Shown here one piece after another: positions 9,647-19,631 of a stretch of 29,078 bases of DNA; positions within the stretch are counted from its first letter, which is position 1, and every line of letters begins with the position of its first letter. The stretch lies in the IMG/VR virus record IMGVR_UViG_3300026549_002453; one strand, given 5' to 3'. The notes under the pieces are model-generated. The model was not told the origin of the DNA, did not search any database, and saw only the letters and a program-made list of their open reading frames with translations. This stretch comes from a virus (lineage: Duplodnaviria; Heunggongvirae; Uroviricota; Caudoviricetes). The position numbers were made by a program, and so were the translations under genes.

Positions 9647-10099
9647 ATGATATTAAACATAATAACACTAATAGCAATAACAATAATAGGAATAATTTTA
9701 ACTATACAAGATTATATAGATAGAGAAGTAGATAGTATCTATTGTTATACACATTTATTTCTTATCACTATCTTTTTGTTTAATAAAACTGCATATTGGC
9801 CATTATTTTTAGTTCTTGCTATGTTATGTGTTATTATAGTAGGATTTGATTTGGCAAACGGCGACAGCAATAAAATAAATTTTATAGATTTTATATATCT
9901 CATAGAAGTAGCTGGTGTAATAATGATACTAAAAGATGTAGAAGATTCTAAGTTAATGTTGTTGCCGTTGTTAATAATATGGTTTATATATATTTTAATA
10001 GAGAAATTAATAAAGCAAAAGTTTGAGGATAAAATACCTTTTCTAAGTGTATGTTGTCCTTTAATAAGCGTGTATTTAATATGGTATAGTTTTGTTTAG
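9647..10099 (+). CDS. membrane protein resembling an A24 prepilin peptidase
   Basis: QDYIDREV (first Asp), INFID (degenerate GxGD position), KIPFL near the C-terminus; multi-TM. Confidence 0.5.
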   Translation: MILNIITLIAITIIGIILTIQDYIDREVDSIYCYTHLFLITIFLFNKTAYWPLFLVLAMLCVIIVGFDLANGDSNKINFIDFIYLIEVAGVIMILKDVEDSKLMLLPLLIIWFIYILIEKLIKQKFEDKIPFLSVCCPLISVYLIWYSFV

Positions 10100-10165
10100 A
10101 AAAGGAGCAAGTGAACAACGAACGCAGTTGGCTAATGGATGGCGTAAATAATTTAGGAGAAAAAT

Positions 10166-10432
10166 ATGATTACAACGTTATTATCAAATTTAATGGATTT
10201 TGTACTTTCAGTTCCTATTAATCTTGTTATAATAGGAATTATTTGTTTAATATTAAAAATAGCAGGAAAAACAATTAAAACTATAATTAAAGTATTTGTT
10301 GGATATTTTATTATATGCTTTATCTTAGCGGTTTTAGGATTGAGTTTACCTTCGATACCTGCTTTAGTTATATGGTTAAAAAATATAATCATCTCAATAG
10401 GGGCTTGGTTATCTAGTTTAGGCATACTGTGA
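10166..10432 (+). CDS. small hydrophobic membrane protein
   Basis: RBS AGGAG; 2-3 TM segments. Confidence 0.6.
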   Translation: MITTLLSNLMDFVLSVPINLVIIGIICLILKIAGKTIKTIIKVFVGYFIICFILAVLGLSLPSIPALVIWLKNIIISIGAWLSSLGIL

Positions 10433-10461
10433 TCTATAAAAAATATAGGAGATAATATGAA

Positions 10462-11046
10462 ATGAGTAAATTTAGAAGAAACATTACAGCAAGAGAATTA
10501 GCCAGTGAAATTGTGCCTGATGTTACGGGAGCATACAGTGAACTGTTTGATATGTCTTTTTATTTAGATGCATTGAGGCAAATTGACGCAGGTGAATTAG
10601 ATAATGATTCTATTACGTTTGATGGACTTATTACAAATTCTGACGAGTTTATATATTTTCAAACTTGTTGTACTGGACTATTTTTAAAAGAGGAAGTTGA
10701 TGTTTCCTCAATGAATATTTCCCAAGAAGTATTAAACGCATGTGATGATGAAACTGGATTTTTTGAATCTGTAGATTATGATTTTCTTGAAAGTGTGATA
10801 AAAAGAAAAATAGAAAATGAATTAAAGGAAGGAGAAGAATTATCAGAAGAAGAAGAAGAAAAGCTCACAGCTCTTCTTGCACAAATTGTAGATTACATGA
10901 TGGAAGAAAGGTACTATGCTCAGTGGATAAAAACATTTAAAGATAGGATTAACATTACTTATAAACCTGATTTTGAACACCCCAGAGCACTAAAGGGTAG
11001 CAAGGAAGAAGATATGAGTTTAGATGAGGGCACTAGATGGTGGTAA
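10462..11046 (+). CDS. hypothetical acidic protein
   Basis: RBS AGGAG; 194 aa. Confidence 0.65.
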   Translation: MSKFRRNITARELASEIVPDVTGAYSELFDMSFYLDALRQIDAGELDNDSITFDGLITNSDEFIYFQTCCTGLFLKEEVDVSSMNISQEVLNACDDETGFFESVDYDFLESVIKRKIENELKEGEELSEEEEEKLTALLAQIVDYMMEERYYAQWIKTFKDRINITYKPDFEHPRALKGSKEEDMSLDEGTRWW

Positions 11047-11295
11047 GCTATTCTTGGAGCTTAATTGTATGAGATTAAAAAAGACAAGGTTAAAAGCTAA
11101 ATATCTTCTTAACTAAGAGGTGTAAATTTTTTAATAAAGTAAGCAGAGCTCACAAGAGTAAAGAATCACAAAACAAGATGAGAAGTAAATAGTAACTCTA
11201 CAACCTTTATGGAATTAGTCCCTTTAAATACATATATAGAGACATTCAAGGAGTATACGAAAAGGATACAGAAAATTTTAAGAAAGGCAAAATTT

Positions 11296-11682
11296 ATGTC
11301 AGTAGACCTAAGTAAATATTTAACCACCCAGAAAAACATATATACCCAAACTTATAGTGATATATTTAATAAAAAGTATGATTCAGGCTGGATAGATTAT
11401 ATTTTCCCCAGATTAGAAGAGCAGTGTGACAGTCCCAGAAGCAAAGGTACAGGATTAAAAAGTAAAAAAGAAGTAGAAAAATTTTGGAATACTCAATTAT
11501 TACATAACAATTACATAGAAATGTTAAAACTATTAAATAATTACACGGTTGAAGAATATAAATCTATTATATCTGAACGTGGAAGATATAAAATAAAACA
11601 GAGTCTTAATATATTTATACATCAGAGTAATTATGATGATTTTTATTTGATAAGTAAATTTTTAGAGGAGAAATATGCATGA
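11296..11682 (+). CDS. DUF1810-family protein
   Basis: DLSKYLTTQKNIY...SGWIDYIFPRL...SPRS..GL resembles the DUF1810 pattern (dL.RF..aQ..Y...sHWmWyiFPQl). ATG 11296 follows GAAAGG; the frame is open from 11209. Confidence 0.6.
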   Translation: MSVDLSKYLTTQKNIYTQTYSDIFNKKYDSGWIDYIFPRLEEQCDSPRSKGTGLKSKKEVEKFWNTQLLHNNYIEMLKLLNNYTVEEYKSIISERGRYKIKQSLNIFIHQSNYDDFYLISKFLEEKYA

Positions 11683-11999
11683 AACCAATAAATGGAACAC
11701 TTAAAGATTACGATTTTCAAGGATTGATGGACAGAGTAAAGGAAGCCAGAGAGTCCTTATATACAACTCTGGAGTACAATAGCAAATACTATGACTTTAC
11801 TATTCGTACAATGGAACTTATCACGGTGCTTGATGAGAATACTTTATGGCAATTCTATGTGCATGAAATTTATGAGGATGGTGATGGCAGGTTGTTAAGT
11901 ACTTATAGTGAGTGCAGTAACTTATTAGAAAAAGATTTAGTTATAAAAATGATGGATGAATATAGAGCCAGGATTATTGATGGTGAGTTTGAGAGGTAG
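11679..11999 (+). CDS. hypothetical protein
   Basis: RBS GAGGAG; ATGA overlap with the upstream gene. Confidence 0.6.
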   Translation: MKPINGTLKDYDFQGLMDRVKEARESLYTTLEYNSKYYDFTIRTMELITVLDENTLWQFYVHEIYEDGDGRLLSTYSECSNLLEKDLVIKMMDEYRARIIDGEFER

Positions 12000-12005
12000 G
12001 AATGG

Positions 12006-12899
12006 ATGATAAAGTTAGCTATAATAGGATTGGGCGATATTGCAAGATATTATGTCAAAGGTTTGAGAAATTCGAAATTGTATGAAGTAGTGGCAGTATG
12101 TGATATAAACGATAATGCAACGGCTAAATCTGAATATTTTGTTCCATTCTTTAAAAGTTATACAGAAATGACAAAGGTAGCTAAACCAGATTGTTGCCTT
12201 GTAACTGTAAATGAACAATTTAAATATCCTATTATTGTGGACCTTCTTTCTATGGGTATGAACGTTCTTACCGAAAAACCCCTAGCTTTAACAAAAAATC
12301 AATTTAATAGTTTATTTTCCACTGCGAAAGAAAACAACGCCATATTAGATATAATGTACCACTATCAGTATGGAGGTGAAGTACTTTTTCTAAAGGATTA
12401 TGTAAAAACTATGGGTGCTTTAAAAACAGGCACTATTTTATTGCACGAAAGTTATGCTTATAACAAAAATTGTGAAATAGATAAAAATTTTAATCATAAG
12501 GAAGCCTGGATAGATAATGGCATAAATGCAGTAAGTGTATTTGACCTGTTGGTGAATTTAAACGATTATAACTTATTTTATAAGAACGATATACGAACCA
12601 CAGCTCTGGATTGCATAGCTACAGAAAGAGTGTTTAAAGACAACCAAGGTAATATGTTAAAAATACTAGTAGATTGGAGAACGCCCAGTAATAAAAAATA
12701 TTTCATATTTGAGTATGAAGGGGGTATAATATTAGTAGACTCCAAAGAGTTGAAAGTATATAAAGATGGTGAGTGCATATATAACCAAAGTATAAATTAT
12801 CCTAGAATGTACGACCAGTACGACTATTATTTTAATAACTGCGAAATCCAGAATAATTATGAGAAACATCAAAGGATACATAGATTAATATATTTATAA
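12006..12899 (+). CDS. Gfo/Idh/MocA-family NAD(P)-dependent oxidoreductase
   Basis: Rossmann motif IIGLGDIA, VVAVCD, NVLTEKPLA. Confidence 0.85.
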   Translation: MIKLAIIGLGDIARYYVKGLRNSKLYEVVAVCDINDNATAKSEYFVPFFKSYTEMTKVAKPDCCLVTVNEQFKYPIIVDLLSMGMNVLTEKPLALTKNQFNSLFSTAKENNAILDIMYHYQYGGEVLFLKDYVKTMGALKTGTILLHESYAYNKNCEIDKNFNHKEAWIDNGINAVSVFDLLVNLNDYNLFYKNDIRTTALDCIATERVFKDNQGNMLKILVDWRTPSNKKYFIFEYEGGIILVDSKELKVYKDGECIYNQSINYPRMYDQYDYYFNNCEIQNNYEKHQRIHRLIYL

Positions 12900-12923
12900 T
12901 TGATATAATTTATAGGAGAAATT

Positions 12924-13835
12924 ATGGAACAATTTGAAAAGAATTTATTAGAAAAAATTAATACCAGACTTATGCAGAGTACCGGGTCTAGAATAACTGA
13001 TACATATTTACACAAAATACGTGAGAATGTATATAATCTGAATTTAAATGATGAAAATTTGCTATTAGAGATAACAGACCCAGATTTAGAAGAACCCATA
13101 ATACAAGTTACTCTTGGTGACAGAATTCTCACAACTGATTTGTTAGGTGAGGGCTGTGGAATGTTAGATATTACTGGTCTAGTAGAAAAAGAAGTAAGAT
13201 ACATTAGAAGCATTTTACGAAAGAAATATCTAGAACAGCTAGGTGTAACAATTCGCAAAGAGTTTATGACAAATAATTTTCACAATGGAAGGACAGCTAA
13301 ATCGAGTGACTATGAATATAATATAGTCCCAATCGGGCATTGTCAAATTTCACTTGTAGATTTTGAAGATTCCTCCATAGGTTTATTAGAAATAAATTTT
13401 GAACATTATTGTGGATGTCATATTAATTTTGACAGTAATACAAGGTACTACTCTATAGCTCAAGAACTAAAATTTTTAAACCCAGGATATAGTGGAGGAA
13501 GAATGGTCACGACCAAATTTAAAAATACAGCCGTAGCAGAATTTATAGCAGATTGTTATAAATTTCCAATAAAAATTACAAATCTTAGTGAAAATCAACA
13601 AAAACAATTAAGCCTTCAAGCTAATAATTTTAGAACTTGGGGAATTACCATTATTGAGGATAAACATCCCTATGATTCTAGCAAAAATGTTTATATATTA
13701 GATAACACTCATACCTATGACATTAGTGAAAATACTAGAGAAGAAAGGCTTAAGGGTGTTTGGGATGTCACAAAACAAATGATAGTAAATATTACTGGAA
13801 AAGTAGTAGCAAGTTATATTACAAGTCTGATGTAA
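12924..13835 (+). CDS. hypothetical protein
   Basis: RBS AGGAG; 303 aa. Confidence 0.7.
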   Translation: MEQFEKNLLEKINTRLMQSTGSRITDTYLHKIRENVYNLNLNDENLLLEITDPDLEEPIIQVTLGDRILTTDLLGEGCGMLDITGLVEKEVRYIRSILRKKYLEQLGVTIRKEFMTNNFHNGRTAKSSDYEYNIVPIGHCQISLVDFEDSSIGLLEINFEHYCGCHINFDSNTRYYSIAQELKFLNPGYSGGRMVTTKFKNTAVAEFIADCYKFPIKITNLSENQQKQLSLQANNFRTWGITIIEDKHPYDSSKNVYILDNTHTYDISENTREERLKGVWDVTKQMIVNITGKVVASYITSLM

Positions 13836-13867
13836 ATGCCAGAGGTAATATTAGAAAGAGGTAACAA

Positions 13868-14248
13868 ATGGCCAAACCAAAAATAAGACATTATCCAAGC
13901 AAACAGGATTATGAAGAAGGTTTTAAAGCGTGGTTAAAAGACCAACGTGGAATATACCATAAGATGCTATTGGACAAATTAAATTACGAAAGTATGGAAC
14001 AATTAAGAGAGGATGAGTATGCAGGAAAATTCGGCTTCTGCTGTGGATATGTTAATCTTATACCTAAAAATGAAGAAATGTTTCACGAATGGGGATTAGA
14101 CAACGGAAAATACGGTGCTAAGATTCACGATATAGGTTTTTACGGAATATCTTCTCAACTAGTAATTTTAAAAGAGCCTATAGTTAGACAAATGTTAGAA
14201 GACATGAATTTGGAAAATGAGTTTAGTGTAGAAATAAAATTAGATTAG
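13868..14248 (+). CDS. hypothetical protein
   Basis: RBS AGAGG; 126 aa. Confidence 0.65.
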   Translation: MAKPKIRHYPSKQDYEEGFKAWLKDQRGIYHKMLLDKLNYESMEQLREDEYAGKFGFCCGYVNLIPKNEEMFHEWGLDNGKYGAKIHDIGFYGISSQLVILKEPIVRQMLEDMNLENEFSVEIKLD

Positions 14249-14257
14249 GAGAAGTTA

Positions 14258-14551
14258 ATGTTTTTAATAAAGGATGGAAAACCTATGACAAAAGAATTAA
14301 GAGAATTAGCTGAGAACATTGCAAATGTGCATGTAGAGTCTTACCTGGCTTATAAGCCTATATTAGAAGGGTTAATGAATACAGTGGTAAGCGAAAAAGA
14401 ATTCGAGTTTATTATGGATAGGTTTGTTGGTTTTTGTGGCTATGAAAAAAATGAAGAACTGTTTAATGAGGTGTGTTCACAATATAGCACTATCTATCCA
14501 GAAGCGGTAGCTTTTCAAAGAAAACAATTACAAGAACAGTTTTATGAGTAA
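14258..14551 (+). CDS. hypothetical protein
   Basis: RBS AGGAG; 97 aa. Confidence 0.6.
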   Translation: MFLIKDGKPMTKELRELAENIANVHVESYLAYKPILEGLMNTVVSEKEFEFIMDRFVGFCGYEKNEELFNEVCSQYSTIYPEAVAFQRKQLQEQFYE

Positions 14552-14563
14552 AGGAGAAATGTA

Positions 14564-15211
14564 ATGCCAAGAATTATAGAAGAATCAAGGGAAATTTACT
14601 CTTATGAAGAATTATCAGAAGAGGCTAAATCCAATGCCCGATGGGGAGAAATGGAAGATTATCCAGAGGATATCCTATATGAAATAATGGAAGATATAGG
14701 TAAAGCTTATCTTGGGGATACTCTCAAGCAGGCACAGTTCGAACGGGTGAGTTACGACCTTTCATATAGTCAAGGGTCAGGGGCTGTAATTGAATTTAAG
14801 TATACTAACCTAGCTGACTTTGTAAAGGATTTCCCAGAAGTAGATAAGTATTTAAACAATAAGCTCCCGAATTATAAAAAGGAAGCAGAGTTAGATAGTC
14901 TATATTTTAAGTTTTCTTGTAAGTGTGACAATAGATATTGCTTTGAAGTTCTAGACTACACAGTAGATGGCTACGATGACTATACAGACAATCTTTGTAA
15001 TTGGTTAGATGAATACTTGTATGAAAATATCAGCACTCGAGGTGGAAGATCCAATGGAAATATTGCAGAAATAATAAAGGATATACAAAAGGAATATACA
15101 TCCAAATGCTATGAGGCTTATGAAGGACTATATTCCAAACCGGAAGACTTTGAAGATATGTGGTTCTATAGTGATGGTACCTTTGCATACTGGGAAGAAG
15201 ATTTACAGTAA
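14564..15211 (+). CDS. hypothetical phage protein
   Basis: RBS AAGGAG; YSYEELSEEAK...WFYSDG pattern recurrent in phage/MGE proteins. Confidence 0.65.
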   Translation: MPRIIEESREIYSYEELSEEAKSNARWGEMEDYPEDILYEIMEDIGKAYLGDTLKQAQFERVSYDLSYSQGSGAVIEFKYTNLADFVKDFPEVDKYLNNKLPNYKKEAELDSLYFKFSCKCDNRYCFEVLDYTVDGYDDYTDNLCNWLDEYLYENISTRGGRSNGNIAEIIKDIQKEYTSKCYEAYEGLYSKPEDFEDMWFYSDGTFAYWEEDLQ

Positions 15212-15236
15212 TATATTATAGAAAAGAGGAGAAACA

Positions 15237-15476
15237 ATGTTTAATTATGATGAAACTATGTTATCAGAGAGAGATAACAAACTTATAGATATTTGGAGTA
15301 ATATCTATAACGCCTTTAATTCCATCGACTATGAAGATGGAGTATGGCACGTGCATGGACCAGACTATGAAGAAAAATTTAGCTCTTCTGAGGCTATGAT
15401 AAAAATGATAGAAGATGACGTTAAAGAAAGTTTACTAGTTTATGCCCTAAACGATGAACTAAGTGAACTAATATGA
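15237..15476 (+). CDS. hypothetical protein
   Basis: RBS GAGGAG. Confidence 0.6.
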   Translation: MFNYDETMLSERDNKLIDIWSNIYNAFNSIDYEDGVWHVHGPDYEEKFSSSEAMIKMIEDDVKESLLVYALNDELSELI

Positions 15477-15493
15477 TATGAAAGGAGTATATT

Positions 15494-15898
15494 ATGGCCA
15501 CCAACAGTTATATAGGAAAAGAGTATGGAGGTATAATCAAAGCGGTATACTGTCATTATGACGGTGATGTGGCAGGTGTAGGTGAAGCTCTCAAGCAATA
15601 TTATACTCATGATGATGTAATTGACAAATTAATAAATTTAGGAGACTTGTCTTATCTTGGTCAATATGTAGGACCTAAGGAAGGTCAGCCTCATGACTTT
15701 AATCACCCCGCTGAAGGAGTTACTGTTGCTTATCATAGGGACAGGGGTGAATCCCTGCTCATTAAACAGTTTGGAGATGAGACAGAGTACTCAGAGGATG
15801 CGAAAAATAATTATATAAAATATGTCTACTTGTGGAAGAACGGGACCTGGTTATTATCTAAACCACAGGATGAGGGTGCACAGTTCAAACCTTTTTAA
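15494..15898 (+). CDS. conserved phage hypothetical protein
   Basis: MAT.SYIG...VYCHYDG...LGDLS...AYHRDRGE pattern typical of large-phage proteins; RBS GAAAGGAG. Confidence 0.7.
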   Translation: MATNSYIGKEYGGIIKAVYCHYDGDVAGVGEALKQYYTHDDVIDKLINLGDLSYLGQYVGPKEGQPHDFNHPAEGVTVAYHRDRGESLLIKQFGDETEYSEDAKNNYIKYVYLWKNGTWLLSKPQDEGAQFKPF

Positions 15899-15916
15899 CA
15901 AGAGGGTTAAATTTTG
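15888..15916 (+). terminator. possible weak intrinsic terminator
   Basis: AACCTTTTT/AAGAGGGTT stem with G-U pairs over the stop codon; poor U-tract. Confidence 0.3.
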
Positions 15917-15929
15917 TTGTAATCTCAAT

Positions 15930-15975
15930 ATACGGGGTTATAAAATTATTTATTTATAATATACATGCCCCGTAT
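15930..15975. repeat. inverted repeat / long stem-loop
   Basis: ATACGGGGT...GCCCCGTAT enclosing the AT-only inner palindrome TATAAA...TTTATA. Confidence 0.65.
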
Positions 15976-16033
15976 GGATATTATAAATATATCTTTCTTA
16001 TGGAGGGAACACTAGAGTGTGAACTACAGAAGA

Positions 16034-16075
16034 AAGATAGTTATTAGAAGATAGTTATTAGAAGATAGTTATTAG
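16034..16075. repeat. 3 x 14-bp perfect tandem repeat
   Basis: AAGATAGTTATTAG at 16034, 16048 and 16062. Confidence 0.95.
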
Positions 16076-16282
16076 ATAGAAAGGAAAATTATAATCATCT
16101 CAGTTTATCAAAGGAACCACTATATTGGTGCTTGTACGATAGAGAATAATGGACAGAGGTGTAAAGGAAATAATAGTAAACAAAAAAAAATGTTAATAAT
16201 GTTTTTAGAACGATTTTATTTGGATGTACATACTCCAATACTAAATGGTTTTGCCTCAGGGCTAAACATATAGGAGGAACTT

Positions 16283-17353
16283 ATGCATATACTTATTACA
16301 GCAATAGCTTTTATTTTTATGCTTGGACTAATTGTGTTAGTTCATGAATTTGGACACTTTATAACGGCCAAAAAGTTTGGTGTGTATGTGCACGAGTTTT
16401 CCATTGGAATGGGTCCTACTCTATGGTCTAAACAAGGAAAAGAAACCAAGTATAGCCTTAGGGCCATTCCCATAGGAGGATACGTCTCTATGGCAGGTGA
16501 GGATGTAAACTCCGATATAGAAAAAGACAAAAATATCGAGGAAAACAGAAAGTTTTACACTAAAAAATATTATCAAAAAGTAATCATTCTCATAGCTGGT
16601 GTGGCTATGAACTTTATTCTAGCGATATTTATTTATAGTGGGTTACTAATGTCAGAAGGTTCGTACTATGAACCCATACCTGCCACTATATCAGCAATAC
16701 GAGAGGATAGTAATGCAGAACAAGTAGGCATCCTGCCTGGAGATGTAGTGATTAATATAACCAAAGAAGACGGTTCTTCCTCGGTTATATCCGATTTTTA
16801 TGATATCAGTTTATTTACCTATGATATAACGAATGAGTCATTAATATACACAATTGATAGAAATGGAGAAATTCTAGATTTTAAAGTTACTCCCAAATAC
16901 TATGAGGAGGAGGATGACTGGCTTATTGGATTGCAGTTTGAAACTGACAAAGAGCACACAGTGACCTGGTATAACTCTCTATATTATGGTGGAAAGTATG
17001 CTAAAGATAATTTCCAACAAATGATAAGGAGCTTTAAATTATTACTGCAACCCAAGGGCTACGAAATGGTGTCTGGTCCTGTTGGTATAGTATCCATAAC
17101 CTCCCAGTCAGTGGAGTATGGGTTATTTTCTTACTTAACCCTCATTGCACTTATAAACTTAAATATAGGTTTGGTAAACTTATTGCCTTTACCTATTTTG
17201 GATGGGGGTCAAATAGTTTTTATAACCATATCAAAACTTATGAAAAAAGAGTTACCGGAACGCATAAAATCAGCTATTATGGTTGGAAGTTGGGCCTTGA
17301 TACTCATGCTTATGGTTGTTATTACTTATAAAGACCTTATGAATTTAATTTGA
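16283..17353 (+). CDS. rseP: RseP/RasP-like site-2 intramembrane metalloprotease (M50) with PDZ domain
   Basis: HEFGH, FSIGMGP, IPIGGYV, AGVAMN, PDZ segment, SGPVGI, NLLPLPILDGG. Confidence 0.92.
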   Translation: MHILITAIAFIFMLGLIVLVHEFGHFITAKKFGVYVHEFSIGMGPTLWSKQGKETKYSLRAIPIGGYVSMAGEDVNSDIEKDKNIEENRKFYTKKYYQKVIILIAGVAMNFILAIFIYSGLLMSEGSYYEPIPATISAIREDSNAEQVGILPGDVVINITKEDGSSSVISDFYDISLFTYDITNESLIYTIDRNGEILDFKVTPKYYEEEDDWLIGLQFETDKEHTVTWYNSLYYGGKYAKDNFQQMIRSFKLLLQPKGYEMVSGPVGIVSITSQSVEYGLFSYLTLIALINLNIGLVNLLPLPILDGGQIVFITISKLMKKELPERIKSAIMVGSWALILMLMVVITYKDLMNLI

Positions 17354-17371
17354 TAACAGTAAAAAAATTTA

Positions 17372-17400
17372 TTTACAAAAGAGCTTTGGCGCTCTATACT
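17372..17400 (+). promoter_or_regulatory. sigmaA/sigma70-type promoter
   Basis: TTTACA-17 bp-TATACT upstream of the RBS of ORF 17421. Confidence 0.75.
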
Positions 17401-17420
17401 TAACTAAGAAAGGAAAACTT

Positions 17421-17732
17421 ATGATACAGGAAGTACAAGCCTACCTCTATGATAAATTTGGAAATGCAGAGGTTACTAAATTGTCCGATAAGGTTACCAA
17501 TATAATAGTAACTTTTAGAGATATAACGGTTGTTTATACATTTACTACTGACGAGTCTACTCATAGAACTCAGTGTGGTTTACAACTTAGATCATCTACG
17601 GAGTTTAAGTTTAATGAACTGGGTGTAATGGAGTCCTTTATAAGTTCTATGAAAGTAATTTTAGAGTCATACTATAAGGTTGATGAATTAGTATTAGTGT
17701 CTAATAGTTCAGTAAACAAACTCAGAATATAA
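17421..17732 (+). CDS. hypothetical protein
   Basis: RBS GAAAGGA; promoter upstream. Confidence 0.65.
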   Translation: MIQEVQAYLYDKFGNAEVTKLSDKVTNIIVTFRDITVVYTFTTDESTHRTQCGLQLRSSTEFKFNELGVMESFISSMKVILESYYKVDELVLVSNSSVNKLRI

Positions 17733-17758
17733 ATAATTTAAAATTGAAAGGAGAAATT

Positions 17759-18553
17759 ATGACTGACAGAGAACTTAATAAGTTTAAACAAATTTACGTC
17801 AGGTGTGTTGAGGGAAACTCAGAGTTGCCCATTGAAGGAGTGGAATGGGTTACTGTAGAAAAGTGGATTCCCAAGATATATATTGAGGCATGGGAAGCTT
17901 TTTTACACTCTAATAGACTTTTTCATCAGGATGATTATGATGAGTGGCTTGAAGGTCTAGAAGACATTAAGAGCGTTTCCGAAGAAAGATTTTCTCAAGG
18001 GCTACCTTCAGACAAAATTGATGTGATACTATCTCCATCTAAGATATTATTTGGTGAACTTACAGAATTATTTAAAACTCAACTAAACAAATTAAAGGCC
18101 AAACTAGATAAAATTGAGCAAGAGGGTGGATATAACGGCCTAGATTGTAACTATACAGTAGATAAAACTCAAATAATGTTTGCAATATTTTCTATGAATA
18201 CTAGCCCTGGTAGTATAGAGGCCAGTGCTCCTATTAACCCTATTAAACAAGAAAACTTTATGGCGATTAAAATATATAATGAAACCCAAAAAGAAGCGGA
18301 AAATATAGTTAAGAAATTTAATGCAAACCAAGGAGAAATAGGAGTGCAGGCTAAGGTTGTATCTCATAGAGATGGGTCTGACTCAGACGACTACTTTATG
18401 GAAGGGGCTGCTTTTGAAAAAACTTTAATAATAGAATTTTTCATCATGCCTACTAAAAATTCTAGAAGACTGCTCACCTTTGAGGAACTTCAGGAATTCG
18501 TAAAAGATATGCCTGAGTCTTATGGATATATAAAAGATAATGTGTTTAGATAA
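17759..18553 (+). CDS. hypothetical protein
   Basis: ATG 17759 follows GAAAGGAG. Confidence 0.7.
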   Translation: MTDRELNKFKQIYVRCVEGNSELPIEGVEWVTVEKWIPKIYIEAWEAFLHSNRLFHQDDYDEWLEGLEDIKSVSEERFSQGLPSDKIDVILSPSKILFGELTELFKTQLNKLKAKLDKIEQEGGYNGLDCNYTVDKTQIMFAIFSMNTSPGSIEASAPINPIKQENFMAIKIYNETQKEAENIVKKFNANQGEIGVQAKVVSHRDGSDSDDYFMEGAAFEKTLIIEFFIMPTKNSRRLLTFEELQEFVKDMPESYGYIKDNVFR

Positions 18554-18570
18554 AGATAAGGAGAAATACA

Positions 18571-18909
18571 GTGACTAAAGAAATTTTTATTAACGATATA
18601 TTTAATCGTATGACATCTTGTGATGGATGCCTTACAGAGTGGAACTCCACTAATGAGGATTGGGTTAAGAAATATATGGAAAGGTACATCTATGAAGACC
18701 TAACATTTTATGATACTGAGGAAAAGAAAAATGACCTTGCTGATAATCTTGCTCATCATTTTATAATTACCTCTAAGGATGACCCTTCGGGGTACTATGA
18801 GACTCTGGAAGAGTTGTATAATGAAGGAGCTTCCTCAGATGGAGAAAATGATATTCTTGACAAGCAGGGAGATAAAATATTAGTGTACAGTATGTATTAT
18901 TTACCTTAG
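18571..18909 (+). CDS. hypothetical protein
   Basis: RBS AAGGAG, GTG start. Confidence 0.6.
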   Translation: MTKEIFINDIFNRMTSCDGCLTEWNSTNEDWVKKYMERYIYEDLTFYDTEEKKNDLADNLAHHFIITSKDDPSGYYETLEELYNEGASSDGENDILDKQGDKILVYSMYYLP

Positions 18910-18930
18910 TAGTTAAAGGAGTTTTCTTAT

Positions 18931-19548
18931 ATGATAGTAAATAAAATTGTAATCGAGGGTGATGTTGCTAGTTTATATCAAGATGAAACTTTGCTCTACA
19001 CTGTAACTAAGGATGGAAAACATATTATAGACTGTAGAAAAAATCAAGAGTTACCGCAGACCCCTGACGGTACTCACCAAAATTATTTAAGGATTTCTCA
19101 AGACATAACTATTAACGGAGTTAACTACAGAAGAACTCATAGTATAGTGTACAGATGTTTTTCTGGGGGAGAGCTTAACGACCAAGAAATACATCACATA
19201 GATATGGATGAGCATAACAACGACTTCAGTAACCTGATACCTGTAGAAAAAGAGGTGCATAAAGCTTATGACAGAATTTCAGACAGACATCTTAAATTAA
19301 AGAGCGGTCAACCTATAGATGGCCGTGAACTAACAGAATTTTTCACTTCTTCTAAATATTCATCATTTAAGGGCACTGATACCTTATTTACTAGTGAAGA
19401 TTCTAATATGTACACTAAAAATTCTTTATTAGAATTGGTAGACCGTGAACCCTCAACGAGACTTAAGTTATTTTTTGATGAGGACATTATGGAAAACTTC
19501 AAAACTGGTAAAGATGGTCAATTGTTTACTAGAGTGGAAATCCTATAA
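18931..19548 (+). CDS. HNH (homing-type) endonuclease
   Basis: HSIVYRCF...IHHIDMDEHNNDFSNL...H motif. Confidence 0.8.
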   Translation: MIVNKIVIEGDVASLYQDETLLYTVTKDGKHIIDCRKNQELPQTPDGTHQNYLRISQDITINGVNYRRTHSIVYRCFSGGELNDQEIHHIDMDEHNNDFSNLIPVEKEVHKAYDRISDRHLKLKSGQPIDGRELTEFFTSSKYSSFKGTDTLFTSEDSNMYTKNSLLELVDREPSTRLKLFFDEDIMENFKTGKDGQLFTRVEIL

Positions 19549-19576
19549 AATATTTTGTACTTGTGTTAAATATTTA

Positions 19577-19605
19577 TTTACAAGTGTGTCTATATGCGAT
19601 ATAAT
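19577..19605 (+). promoter_or_regulatory. sigmaA/sigma70-type promoter
   Basis: TTTACA-17 bp-TATAAT. Confidence 0.8.
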
Positions 19606-19631
19606 GTATGTATATAGACGTGGAGGGAATT

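Noticed and set aside
16034-16075. CRISPR array or phase-variation interpretation of the 14-bp repeat
   Set aside because: There are no spacers. The unit has stop codons in two of three frames and is not inside a credible gene.
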